A stretch of DNA of 45,545 nt from Candidatus Onthoplasma faecigallinarum (GCA_018715225.1 DVMB01000044.1:1-45545), one strand, 5' to 3'. Positions 18,044 through 27,630 are shown, counted from the first letter of the stretch. A program made the numbers and translations. The notes: generated by a model from the letters alone, not told the origin.

Positions 18044-20131
18044 ATGAAAGAGACAACTTACAAGACAGAAATTGGCGGAAGGGAAGTGGAAGTAAAATTG
18101 GGAAAATATTGCGGGCAAGCCAATGGTCATTGCATCGTGCAATGTGGCGACACTGTAGTCATGGTCAACGCTACTATGTCAAAAGCTCCACGTCCAGGTA
18201 TGGACTTTTTCCCTTTGAGTGTAGATTATGAAGAGAAGATGTATAGCGTGGGGAAAATCCCAGGCGGATACAAAAAGAGAGAAGGTCGCCCAAGTGATCA
18301 GGCGATATTGAGAAGCAGATTGATTGATAGACCAATTAGACCACTTTTCCCAAAAGGGTTTTATAATGATGTAACAATCATAGCTACCCCTCTATCTGTG
18401 GATAACGACATTGCACCAGAACCTTTGGCAATGCTTGGGAGCAGTATAGCACTGTCTATAAGCGATATTCCGTTCGAGGGGCCTACAGGAGCGGTAAAAG
18501 TTGGCTGTGTTGACGGCAAATTTATAGTGAATCCTACTGTAGAGCAGATGGAAAAAAGTAGCATTGACCTTACTGTCAGCGGAACGAAAGAGGCCATTTT
18601 GATGGTGGAATCAGGGGCGAAAGAGGTCAGCGAAGAGTTGATGCTGGACGCTATCATGTTCGCTCATGAGGAGATCAAAAAGCAAGTCGAGTTCCAGGAA
18701 AAAATGGTAAAAGATTTAAAGGTAAAAAAGACAGACAAGATTATATTCGATGAAATTCCAGAGGACTTGGACAAGGCTGTGCGTGAATATGCGGATAAAA
18801 AACTTGATGAGATTTTGACCAACTTTGATAGACATGTTCGTGATGATTTGGAAGACGAGATGACGGCAGATGTTTTGGCTCACTTTGAGCAGGAATATCC
18901 AGAACAAGAAAAAGCTATTGGGCAGATATTGTACAATATGAAGAAAGAAAAGGTCCGTCATAAGATTTTGTACAAAGGTATCCGTCCAGACGGCAGAAAG
19001 ACCAATGAAATACGTCCTATCTGGTGTGAGGTGGGCTTGCTTCCACGTGTGCATGGTTCAGCGGTGTTCACTCGTGGAGAGACACAAGTGTTGACAACTT
19101 GTACACTAGGTATGATCAGCGAAGCTCAAGAGTTGGACGGGCTAGATACTGAGGAATACAAGAGGTATATGCACCAGTACAATATGCCTGGGTATACTAC
19201 AGGGGAGGCAAAACCTTTGCGTAGTCCAGGAAGAAGAGAGATAGGACACGGAGCTTTGGCTGAACGTGCTTTGCTGGCAGTCTTGCCAAGCGAGGAAGAA
19301 TTCCCTTATGCAATTCGTACAGTGAGCGATGTGCTTTCTTCTAACGGCTCTACATCTCAGGCGTCTGTCTGTGGAAGTACTTTGGCTTTGATGGATGCTG
19401 GTGTGCCGATTTCAGCACCAGTTGCAGGCATTGCAATGGGACTTATGAAAGACAAAGATAGCGACAGAGTCGCTGTCCTGACAGATATTCAAGGACTGGA
19501 AGATTTTCTAGGAGACATGGACTTCAAAGTGGCAGGAACGACAAAAGGAATCACAGCAATACAGATGGATATAAAGATCCATGGTATAGATAGAAAGATT
19601 TTATCTACCGCTCTAGAGCAGGCGAGATTGGGTAGACTTGAGATATTGAAGATAATGTCCAAGACGATCAAGGCTCCTAGAAAAGAATTGTCAAAATATG
19701 CACCTAAGATCATCACATTCAAGATAGATCCAGACAAGATTCGTGAAGTGATCGGTACAGGTGGAAAAGTTATCAATCAAATCATTGATAAGACAGGTGT
19801 CAAGATAGACATCAAAGATGAAGGTGATGTATTCGTCTCTTCTACAGATAAAGAGATGATGGAAAAAGCAAAAAGTATGATACTAGCCATTGCCACTGAT
19901 TTTGAATTGAATTGCGAATATGAAGGAGTTGTCAACAAGATTACACCATTTGGTGCGTTTGTAGAAGTCGCTCCAGGAAAAGAAGGGATGATTCATATTT
20001 CAAAACTATCCAAAGAGCATGTTGACAAAGTAGAAGATGTGGTCAAAGTTGGCGACAGAGTGCGTGTCAAGACGATTAAAATTGATGAACGTGGCAGAGT
20101 TGATATGAAATTGATTGAAAAGTTAAATTAA
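18044..20131 (+). CDS. pnp: polyribonucleotide nucleotidyltransferase (PNPase)
   Basis: Two RNase PH domains (DFFPLSVDYEEKMYSVGKIPGG, GRREIGHGALAERAL), KH (REVIGTGGKVIN) and S1 (GVVNKITPFGAFVEV). AAGGAG RBS at MKETTYK. Confidence 0.95.
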   Translation: MKETTYKTEIGGREVEVKLGKYCGQANGHCIVQCGDTVVMVNATMSKAPRPGMDFFPLSVDYEEKMYSVGKIPGGYKKREGRPSDQAILRSRLIDRPIRPLFPKGFYNDVTIIATPLSVDNDIAPEPLAMLGSSIALSISDIPFEGPTGAVKVGCVDGKFIVNPTVEQMEKSSIDLTVSGTKEAILMVESGAKEVSEELMLDAIMFAHEEIKKQVEFQEKMVKDLKVKKTDKIIFDEIPEDLDKAVREYADKKLDEILTNFDRHVRDDLEDEMTADVLAHFEQEYPEQEKAIGQILYNMKKEKVRHKILYKGIRPDGRKTNEIRPIWCEVGLLPRVHGSAVFTRGETQVLTTCTLGMISEAQELDGLDTEEYKRYMHQYNMPGYTTGEAKPLRSPGRREIGHGALAERALLAVLPSEEEFPYAIRTVSDVLSSNGSTSQASVCGSTLALMDAGVPISAPVAGIAMGLMKDKDSDRVAVLTDIQGLEDFLGDMDFKVAGTTKGITAIQMDIKIHGIDRKILSTALEQARLGRLEILKIMSKTIKAPRKELSKYAPKIITFKIDPDKIREVIGTGGKVINQIIDKTGVKIDIKDEGDVFVSSTDKEMMEKAKSMILAIATDFELNCEYEGVVNKITPFGAFVEVAPGKEGMIHISKLSKEHVDKVEDVVKVGDRVRVKTIKIDERGRVDMKLIEKLN

Positions 20132-20163
20132 AAATCAACTTTCACAAAATTTAAAATAAAAGC

Positions 20164-20196
20164 AAAAAAACTCTATCTAGATTGATAGAGTTTTTG
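20164..20196. terminator. bidirectional rho-independent terminator
   Basis: An A-run, aactctatc-tagatt-gatagagtt, then a T-run, between convergent pnp and the 317-aa gene. Confidence 0.75.
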
Positions 20197-20229
20197 TTTG
20201 TGTATAATTTGTCAATAGGTAAGATATTT

Positions 20230-21183
20230 TTATGCTTGGCGCACGTCGTATGAGACAGATGTGTCCAAATATTTTTCTAGCTCTGGGAATTTTGGAAGAT
20301 AATCTTTCACGACTGCTTTTACTTCTTGCTTTGATGAATGGGTAAATATTATCTTAGGATTGAAATCATTGAAAAATCCAGGATAAATGTTGTTCAACAC
20401 TCTAGGGCAACGGCAGATTGCAGACCCTAATGTACCAGGTTTTTCAAAGGCTACTCGTTTAATTTGTTCATATGATAGATATTCCACCACTCCAGGGGCG
20501 TTGGATACTAATTTTACCATCTGCTCAACATTATTGTTTAGCAGAGTTTTCATTTGCTCATTTATATCATTGAATTTTTCTGGATGGTCTCTTAGGACGT
20601 ATAAAATATCGTCAAAATTATTCATAATATTAATATGTTCAGGGAAAAATTTCAAATATTTTTTCTTAAACGTTTCGTTTGAAAGAGCCCCTTCCGCTAT
20701 TAGTCGAACCCTCAATTCAGCTAGTTGCTCTTCAGTGAGTTTGTGCATTGGTAGATAGGGCTTAAAAAAGATTTCAGTAGGGGAGTATAGCAAGAATTCA
20801 GGATAGGCTATGGACAATTCTCTAAACAATTTGTTATATTCTGGATTTAGAGCATGCTTTTGGGTATAGAGAGCATAATGTTCATCGCTCAAACTTTTGA
20901 ATTTTTCTAGCTCTTTGCTGTATTTTTTTATGGCTGTTTTCGCATTTGAAGATTTTGCTTCTGCAAGTAGGTTTTCATATAATTGTTTTGATTGAACACT
21001 GAGGAGATTATTTAGTTCTTCCAATCTGGCAGCCCTTTTTTCTTGGTCCTGTATTGCTTTTGCTTGCCTATTTTTTGTCTCCTCTGTGCGAGATTGCTTT
21101 GTGATCAGTGCTTTGATAATTCTTTTGTTTTCTTCCCTTTTTCTTTTTTTTATTTGTTCATCATAATCATAACTTTGATGCAT
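20230..21183 (-). CDS. hypothetical protein
   Basis: 317-aa ORF with a Lys/Glu-rich helical N-terminal third. No motif recognised. Confidence 0.55.
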   Translation of the reverse strand: MHQSYDYDEQIKKRKREENKRIIKALITKQSRTEETKNRQAKAIQDQEKRAARLEELNNLLSVQSKQLYENLLAEAKSSNAKTAIKKYSKELEKFKSLSDEHYALYTQKHALNPEYNKLFRELSIAYPEFLLYSPTEIFFKPYLPMHKLTEEQLAELRVRLIAEGALSNETFKKKYLKFFPEHINIMNNFDDILYVLRDHPEKFNDINEQMKTLLNNNVEQMVKLVSNAPGVVEYLSYEQIKRVAFEKPGTLGSAICRCPRVLNNIYPGFFNDFNPKIIFTHSSKQEVKAVVKDYLPKFPELEKYLDTSVSYDVRQA

Positions 21184-21558
21184 AAGGTCTCCTTTTTGCG
21201 TTTATTTTAGCATGAGAACTAGTAACTGTCAATTGTGCAATTCAATTTTATTAAATTATTTTGTAATATGGGTTTTATTTGTGTTCCAATTTTTTGTTTT
21301 GTAAGGAGGAATTTTTATAATATTATTAATAATTTATTATGATTATATACCACATTATATTGCGATTTGAATTAAATATAGTTTTTGGCATGAAAGATTT
21401 TTTTAGAAAAGCATTAAAATTTTTGAGCATCGGCTCAATAGCTCATTGTTAGAGGCAGAGTTTTTGGAGACTATGGGTTGGTATAAAAATAATGATTTAA
21501 AAAAAGATAGATTAAAAACATATATCATAGATTTGATTTTCTTTTAATAAGTTATATT

Positions 21559-22248
21559 ATGAAAAAAAGTTTGATCAAAGCCAATATTGTCATCGCTGTC
21601 ATGTTTGTAGCATTGATAGCTATTGCATATAGTAATGCCAATTCGCTTAGCGTACAGGCTGATTCTAGAGTTATCTATGCGGGGGATACGTCAAAGAACA
21701 ATGTATGCTTTATGATAAATGTGTATCAAGGTAACGAGTATGTAAGAGATATTCTTGATATTCTTGATGTATATAATGTCAAGACCACGTTTTTTATAGG
21801 CGGGTCGTGGGCTGTCAACAATATTGATCTGGTAAAAGAGATCTACACTCGTGGGCACGAGTTGGGGAATCACGGCTTTTATCACAAAGATCAGGACACG
21901 TTGGATTTTGATGCCAATGTACAGGAGATTGAACTTTGTCATAAAGTTGTCAGTGAAAATTTGGGAATAGAGATGAAACTTTTTGCACCTCCTAGCGGGG
22001 CATATAATGTGACGGTGGTTGATGCTGCTACGAGTCTTAATTATAAGACAATAATGTGGACAAGAGATACCATTGATTGGCGAGATCAAGATGCTGACTT
22101 GATCTACAAACGTGCGATAAAAGATTTATCTAATGGAGATTTGATTTTGATGCACCCTACAGAAAAGACGGTTCAGGCACTTGTGGATATTTTGTCATAT
22201 ACAATCAATAATGATTTTAATCCTACAACAGTAACAAATTGTTTATAA
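21559..22248 (+). CDS. polysaccharide deacetylase (NodB homology domain; PdaB-like)
   Basis: Signal/anchor N-terminus, TFFIGGSW, GHELGNHGFYH and DTIDWRD motifs typical of NodB-type deacetylases. Confidence 0.8.
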   Translation: MKKSLIKANIVIAVMFVALIAIAYSNANSLSVQADSRVIYAGDTSKNNVCFMINVYQGNEYVRDILDILDVYNVKTTFFIGGSWAVNNIDLVKEIYTRGHELGNHGFYHKDQDTLDFDANVQEIELCHKVVSENLGIEMKLFAPPSGAYNVTVVDAATSLNYKTIMWTRDTIDWRDQDADLIYKRAIKDLSNGDLILMHPTEKTVQALVDILSYTINNDFNPTTVTNCL

Positions 22249-22443
22249 ATATTTTAAAAATTAATAAATTATTATAAAATATTGATTTTTTGGGCAATTT
22301 TTGTATATTTTTATGGATTTTTATATATTTTTTGAATTTTATTTAATTTATTTAATGATTTAAATTTTTAGATAAATTATTCCTTTTTAAAAAATCGTTT
22401 GTGTTTTTTTTCGAATTGATGTATATTATTAAAAAGGATATAT

Positions 22444-25407
22444 ATGGCAATCTATAAATCTTCTTTTAATAAAAAACCAGATAAAAAAGAAAGCGAGAAA
22501 CAAGAGAAAGAAAAGCAAATCGTAGTCAAAGAAAAGAAAGTCAAGGCTAAAAGAAAAGTCAATGCTCCTCTAATTTCTCTCATTGTTTTTTCCGTTATAT
22601 TTTTGATATGTATTTTGCCGTCTAATTTTATTAAAAATTTTATATTGGGTGTGATAGGTCTACTTGTCTATCCTATATGTGTAATCGGCATTTTGGTGTC
22701 GGCTTTGTTCATGAAAAAAAAGAGATTTTCCTTTTCTCCTAACAAGCGATATATTATATATCTATCCATTGCACTATTTATTATATGGTTTATTTTCCAC
22801 TTGATATTGACCTCTAGACTTCCTATGAATGGATATGGCGAATTTTTAAGGGAGACATATTTGGCTAGGACTACAGCGGGTGGTATTTTATTTAGTTTGA
22901 TTTCTTATCCTATTGTAAAACTGCTTACGTTGGTTGGGGCGTATGTGTTCAGTGCAATAGCATTGGCAATAATTGTGGGGCTAATTATTGATTTTATCAA
23001 TACGGAAAGAAATTCTAACAAGGCAGAGAAAAAGTCAAAATTTGATTTTAATTCAATAGAAGATTTTGAACTAGAAGAACCAGAAATTAAGCCAGTCAGC
23101 AAAGAAGAACAGGCAAAGAAGATAGCAAAACGCAGATTGGGACTAGAAAAGGGCGAGACAACTATTCTCTCTAGCAGTATGCCGAATCTGGACATAAATT
23201 CTAGAGAGAGTCAATCAAGGCCTATGTCCAAGAGAGAATATATTTTGACTCCTATTGAGCCTGTCATCCCACCTGAAAATACGGACGATCTGTTCCTAGA
23301 CAATTCGACAGGGTATTTTAATAGCAAAAAGGTCAATAAAAAATCTAACTTCAACGATACTCTTTCATCCAATAATGTGCTAGATTCGGCTACGATTCCG
23401 CAAGCAAATACACGTGAGGAAGAAAAACCAAGTCAAATAGAAGAAATAAAGCCAGTAGAAGATATAAAAATTTTGGACACAGAGAGAGAAACTCGAGAAG
23501 AAGATTCTCATGTAGATACTATCTCTACTGATGTTTATGACGAACAAAATAGCCAGGCAGACAACGAGTATAAGGATATTATATTAGATGATGAAGATGA
23601 GTATCAAGATTATGACTATATGTCCAGCGAAGAGAATGATAGTGGCGAGGAAATAGAGGAAGACGACTTATCTTCTCTTGAAAACTTGGATGAAGCGGAG
23701 GATAATGATCTAGGAGATACAAATATTGCTGAAGAGATAACTCCAGACCTTAATCAAAAAGATTTTGTGGACAATTATTCTAAGCCTAAAGAGGATTTTT
23801 CGCTTGGGTCTACAGTAGAGACAGAGGTGGTGCGTCCTAGTGTAGATTTGTCTAAATTCAATCTACCTAATGTGTCTAAAAAATTGGACGACGAACCTGA
23901 GCAGATGAAGATAGAAGAGCCTAAGGTTAAGCAAGAGATTCCGCCATATGTGACTCCGCCTGTAGAATTGTTGAACTATATTGACAACCCTAGCAGGATC
24001 ACTGATGAAGAATTGCAGGACAACATAGACAGATTGGAGCAAGTATTAGAAGATTTCAAAGTGCCTGCAAAAGTAAATAATGTAAAGGTCGGGCCGGCTG
24101 TAACTCGCTATGAATTGACTATGCCAAGGGGGATTTCTGTCAACAAGATTGCACAAATGGCAGATGATATCGCCATGACCTTGGCGTCAAATGGTGCTAT
24201 CCGTGTGGAAGCCCCAATTCCGGGAAAAAATTCGGTAGGTATAGAAGTGCCTAATGCTCAAGTCAGTGCGGTGAGTCTTCGTGAGTTGATAGACAGCAAT
24301 GAGTTTAGAGTAAGGGGCAATCCATTGTCTTTCGTGCTTGGTAAAGATATCAATGGCGACATCATTTTCTGTAATCTTGACAAAATGCCACACCTTTTGG
24401 TTGCAGGTAGTACGGGTAGCGGTAAATCAGTATGCTTGAATACAATGCTTTTAAGTATGTGTTATAAATCTGGTCCGCAAGATTTGAGATTGATTTTGGT
24501 CGATCCAAAAATGGTGGAATTCTCTACTTATAATGGGTTGCCACATCTGTTGATTCCAGAAGTGATTACGAACAAGGATATGACTATAAATGCACTAGAT
24601 TGGGCGATAAAAGAGATGGAAAGACGATATGCTCTGTTTGCTAAAAATCATGTAGTCAATATCAACGAGTTCAACAAACTAGATGCAGTAAAATCAAAGA
24701 GAGAGGAAAAACTACCTTTCATTGTCATTGTCGTAGACGAGTTGGCAGATTTGATGCTGGAAGCGAAGCGTGAGATCGAAGATAGAATTGCGAAATTGGC
24801 AGCCAAGGCGAGAGCGGCAGGTATCCACTTGGTACTTGCGACTCAAAGACCGTCTGTGGACGTAATCACTGGTACAGTGAAAGCCAATCTTCCTAGCCGA
24901 ATTGCGTTCGCTTTGACCAATTACATGGACAGCAAGACTGTTCTCGACGGTGGCGGTGCTGAAAAATTGTTGGGTAAAGGGGATATGTTGTTCAAACCGC
25001 AAGACAAACCTGAGCCTAGACGTGTACAAGGAGCGTTTGTATCCAATGCAGAAATCAGCAAAGTTGTAGAATTTATCAAAACTCACAATCTTCCAGTCTA
25101 TGATGATGCTACTGGTAACGCTATCAAAAATCCACATCAGGAAAAATCTCATTCACATGAGGGCGGTGCGATGAGAGATCAAGAATTCGATCCTGTATTG
25201 AAAGAAGCATTGCGTATGTTTATACAAACAAAACAAGCTAGTGGCAGCATGATCTCGAGGAGATATTCGGTCGGTTTCAATAGAGCGGGCAGAATCATGG
25301 ATCAAATGGAACGTGCAGGTTTCATAGGTCCGCAGGAGGGCTCAAAACCTAGACAAGTTTTGATAACTATGGAAGAATACAAGGCGATCTTTGGAGACGA
25401 CGAGTAG
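22444..25407 (+). CDS. ftsK: DNA translocase FtsK/SpoIIIE
   Basis: N-terminal TM helices and a long acidic linker. The motor domain has Walker A (GSTGSGKS) and Walker B (IVIVVDELADL). The C-terminal gamma winged helix is SMISRRYSVGFNRAGRIMDQMERAGFIGP. Confidence 0.95.
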   Translation: MAIYKSSFNKKPDKKESEKQEKEKQIVVKEKKVKAKRKVNAPLISLIVFSVIFLICILPSNFIKNFILGVIGLLVYPICVIGILVSALFMKKKRFSFSPNKRYIIYLSIALFIIWFIFHLILTSRLPMNGYGEFLRETYLARTTAGGILFSLISYPIVKLLTLVGAYVFSAIALAIIVGLIIDFINTERNSNKAEKKSKFDFNSIEDFELEEPEIKPVSKEEQAKKIAKRRLGLEKGETTILSSSMPNLDINSRESQSRPMSKREYILTPIEPVIPPENTDDLFLDNSTGYFNSKKVNKKSNFNDTLSSNNVLDSATIPQANTREEEKPSQIEEIKPVEDIKILDTERETREEDSHVDTISTDVYDEQNSQADNEYKDIILDDEDEYQDYDYMSSEENDSGEEIEEDDLSSLENLDEAEDNDLGDTNIAEEITPDLNQKDFVDNYSKPKEDFSLGSTVETEVVRPSVDLSKFNLPNVSKKLDDEPEQMKIEEPKVKQEIPPYVTPPVELLNYIDNPSRITDEELQDNIDRLEQVLEDFKVPAKVNNVKVGPAVTRYELTMPRGISVNKIAQMADDIAMTLASNGAIRVEAPIPGKNSVGIEVPNAQVSAVSLRELIDSNEFRVRGNPLSFVLGKDINGDIIFCNLDKMPHLLVAGSTGSGKSVCLNTMLLSMCYKSGPQDLRLILVDPKMVEFSTYNGLPHLLIPEVITNKDMTINALDWAIKEMERRYALFAKNHVVNINEFNKLDAVKSKREEKLPFIVIVVDELADLMLEAKREIEDRIAKLAAKARAAGIHLVLATQRPSVDVITGTVKANLPSRIAFALTNYMDSKTVLDGGGAEKLLGKGDMLFKPQDKPEPRRVQGAFVSNAEISKVVEFIKTHNLPVYDDATGNAIKNPHQEKSHSHEGGAMRDQEFDPVLKEALRMFIQTKQASGSMISRRYSVGFNRAGRIMDQMERAGFIGPQEGSKPRQVLITMEEYKAIFGDDE

Positions 25408-25459
25408 AGTATAATAATAGGATTGTCAATTTATAAAACACATTTAATGTTAGAAGATA

Positions 25460-25490
25460 AAAAATTGCCAATATGCTTGGCAATTTTTTT
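25460..25490 (+). terminator. rho-independent terminator of ftsK
   Basis: attgcca-atatgct-tggcaat followed by TTTTTT. Confidence 0.75.
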
Positions 25491-25548
25491 GAAACTAAAA
25501 TTGATTAAACGAATACTATTATAAACAAAAATGTTATTTTAAGAAAGG

Positions 25549-25577
25549 TTGACAAAATATTTATAGTTTGATAAAAT
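25549..25577 (+). promoter_or_regulatory. candidate sigma-A promoter upstream of the tRNA-Leu locus
   Basis: TTGACA, a 17-nt spacer, then TAAAAT, ending ~20 nt before the first (partial) tRNA-Leu copy. Confidence 0.6.
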
Positions 25578-25596
25578 AATATAGGCTAAAAAATAA

Positions 25597-25738
25597 GCGA
25601 GTGTGGCGAAATCGGCAGACGCGCACGTTTAAGGGTGAGCGGCGTAAAAAAAGTTGCCACAATTGGCAAGTTTTTAGCCAAGCGAAGGGAGCAACTTGTT
25701 GCGGTCTGGCTCCGACAGGAGTGTGGACACACGCCCCA
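25597..25738 (+). pseudogene. chimeric tRNA-Leu-derived element (5' half of tRNA-Leu fused to unrelated structured sequence)
   Basis: 25597..25635 is identical to the first 39 nt of the intact tRNA-Leu. The element ends in cacacgc-c-cca, which can pair 6/7 with the 5' gcgagtg. There is no canonical T-arm. Confidence 0.5.
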
Positions 25739-25768
25739 ATAAGATTAATAAAATATTTTAGTGAATAA

Positions 25769-25851
25769 GCGAGTGTGGCGAAATCGGCAGACGCGCACGT
25801 TTAAGGGGCGTGTGGGCAACCGTATGGGTTCAAGTCCCATCACTCGCACCA
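25769..25851 (+). tRNA. tRNA-Leu, class II; anticodon AAG by alignment
   Basis: GCGAGTGTGGCGAAATCGGCAGACGCGCACGTTTAAGGGGCGTGTGGGCAACCGTATGGGTTCAAGTCCCATCACTCGCACCA is colinear with E. coli tRNA-Leu(CAG). Anticodon stem is cacgt/gcgtg and the loop TTAAGGG gives A34-A35-G36 with G37. Confidence 0.8.
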
Positions 25852-26060
25852 AATAAATATAGATATAAAGTCCATTTTGAAGTGAACAAAAAAGTTTAAC
25901 AACCTTAGGATTTCACTTCATTTTAATTTTACATGGGAAATATGAAAAATGAAATATCAAACATATTATGAAAAAATATAATTGAACATACCTTTTTTAT
26001 TGACTTAGTAAATTCTTTATTGTAAAATAACATAACAATATAAATTAAATGGAGTAAAAA

Positions 26061-26643
26061 ATGAGAAATATTAAAAATTCAAAAAGATATATAGATTATG
26101 AAGATTTAATAAAATTAGATGATGAACAAAAAATTCTTGTTAGTAGAATTATTATAAATAATAAATTTGCAAAAATGCAATTATTTGTAAATGCACAATT
26201 AAGTGAAAAGTTTGATTTGAGTGAGTTAAAAAAAAATAACCGATATTCATTCAAAACTATGCGATGCTGATGAAAACAAAAAACGCCCCGTTTGGGGTAT
26301 AGAACTTACCGTAAAAGAAATCAAAGAAGTGTTTTCAAAAGAAGATGTAAGTAAATCTCGTACTGATTTTAGTTTACCATTTAATCATAAAGAAAATAAG
26401 CCTAAAAAGAAAAATCCAATGGATTTAAATACCGGCGAAGAATTATATGAATATTTAAAAGATAAAACTGATGAAGAAATTGAAGATTATTTTGTTTCTC
26501 GTGGTGCAGTTGTAGAAGATGATATCATGTTAAATAATGGGTTATCCACTCTTTATCGTATAGAAAAAGAATCAAAGGAGAGACAAGATAATGAAGATGA
26601 CGTATCCTACTTTGATGGGGAATATGATGGTCTTGAAAGATAA
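26061..26643 (+). pseudogene. hypothetical gene split by a frameshift at an A9 homopolymer
   Basis: ORF 26061..26270 and ORF 26329..26643 are in frames 0 and +1. The +1 frame is open from 26230, so a 1-nt length change in the A-run 26228..26236 would fuse them into about 190 aa. Confidence 0.55.
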
Positions 26644-26680
26644 TATTTAAAGTCGTAGATATATTCTACGACTCAGACTG

Positions 26681-26722
26681 AAGACAAATAACTTTTCAAA
26701 AAAAGGTTATTTGTCTTTTTTT
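26681..26722 (+). terminator. rho-independent terminator
   Basis: Perfect 12-bp stem aagacaaataac/gttatttgtctt followed by a T-run. It is preceded by a second hairpin, agtcgtaga-tatat-tctacgact (26651..26673). Confidence 0.7.
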
Positions 26723-27107
26723 ATGCAATTTTTAATGATTTTTGATATATTTTTAAAATATTATTAATAAATATACGAATTCTTGATAAAAGCCCTGTCT
26801 TCTTTCCTGTTTCCCATTTCCAATTTGCTAATTTTTTTAAATTCATGCATGAAAAAGTTAGTAAGACTTGCAAACTTACTTTCTTTCTTCCGCGTAATTG
26901 AGTGTATCTCATTCCATGTCTCTCTTTCGCTTCTGCAAATATTCGTTCTATTGTCTCACTTCTTTTATGATAATATTCTTTCCATGGCTCTGTAAATCTT
27001 ATCTCATTTACTCTATCTATGTATTGTTGCCATAGATGTCTAAATATTGTTTTTTTAGTTTGTGATTTAGAAATACAATTATTGTAATTTGGGCAAACTA
27101 ATGAATA
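26721..27107 (-). pseudogene. IS1182-family (IS5-like) transposase, C-terminal remnant only
   Basis: The open frame encodes ...VCPNYNNCISKSQTKKTIFRHLWQQYIDRVNEIRFTEPWKEYYHKRSETIERIFAEAKERHGMRYTQLRGRKKVSLQVLLTFSCMNLKKLANWKW.... This is the characteristic C-terminus of IS1182-type DDE transposases. No N-terminal or catalytic part is present and no inverted repeats were found. Confidence 0.7.
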
Positions 27108-27132
27108 TTATGGAAAAACACGAAAAGAGATA

Positions 27133-27525
27133 GTGGAAGAAATAAATTCAAGAATGCGGGTAGCATATTCTTTAACACTAAGTCGAAATATATTACCAGC
27201 TGAAAATTATATTTTATATGTGAACGGCAAACCTGTTTGTATTGGTGGCCTTAGATTAAAACTTAACAATTATTGGAAAAGGCATAGTGGAAACATTTGG
27301 TATAAAACAAGACCATCAGAACGTGGGAAAGGTTATGCAACAAAGTTTGTAGAATTATTGTGTGAAAGAGCAAAAGAACTTGGGATGAGAGAAATATTTG
27401 CACAGTGTGATATTAAAAATAAGGGTTCAAATAAGGTTTTAATAAACAATAATTTCACGATATATGAAAATACTTTGTGTAAAGGTTGGGATGATACAAA
27501 TTTTTATAAAAAGACTTTATTTTAA
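27133..27525 (+). CDS. GNAT-family N-acetyltransferase (short, possibly 5'-truncated)
   Basis: Motif A RPSERGKGYATKFVELLCERAKELG. GTG start with no ATG upstream. The frame is open back to 27088, inside the edge of the IS remnant. Confidence 0.55.
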   Translation: MEEINSRMRVAYSLTLSRNILPAENYILYVNGKPVCIGGLRLKLNNYWKRHSGNIWYKTRPSERGKGYATKFVELLCERAKELGMREIFAQCDIKNKGSNKVLINNNFTIYENTLCKGWDDTNFYKKTLF

Positions 27526-27592
27526 CTTTACTCTCAATCGCACATATCCAACGCCAACTTGGACTTGTAATCGGTTCGGATACTTTATCACT

Positions 27593-27623
27593 TGTCGCAC
27601 CACCACGGAGCGACACGATTTTT
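27593..27623 (+). terminator. candidate rho-independent terminator
   Basis: tgtcgc-accaccacgga-gcgaca followed by cgaTTTTT. Confidence 0.45.
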
Positions 27624-27630
27624 GCTCACC

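Noticed and set aside
27572-27602. cggttcggatactttatcacttgtcgcacca resembles the 3' end of tRNA-Leu (gggttcaagtcccatcactcgcacca) and could be an attR-type repeat bounding the islet that starts at 25852
   Set aside because: Only short colinear matches (ggttc, atcact, cgcacca) with indels, which is too degenerate to call without statistics. The cgcacca part also belongs to a terminator-like hairpin.
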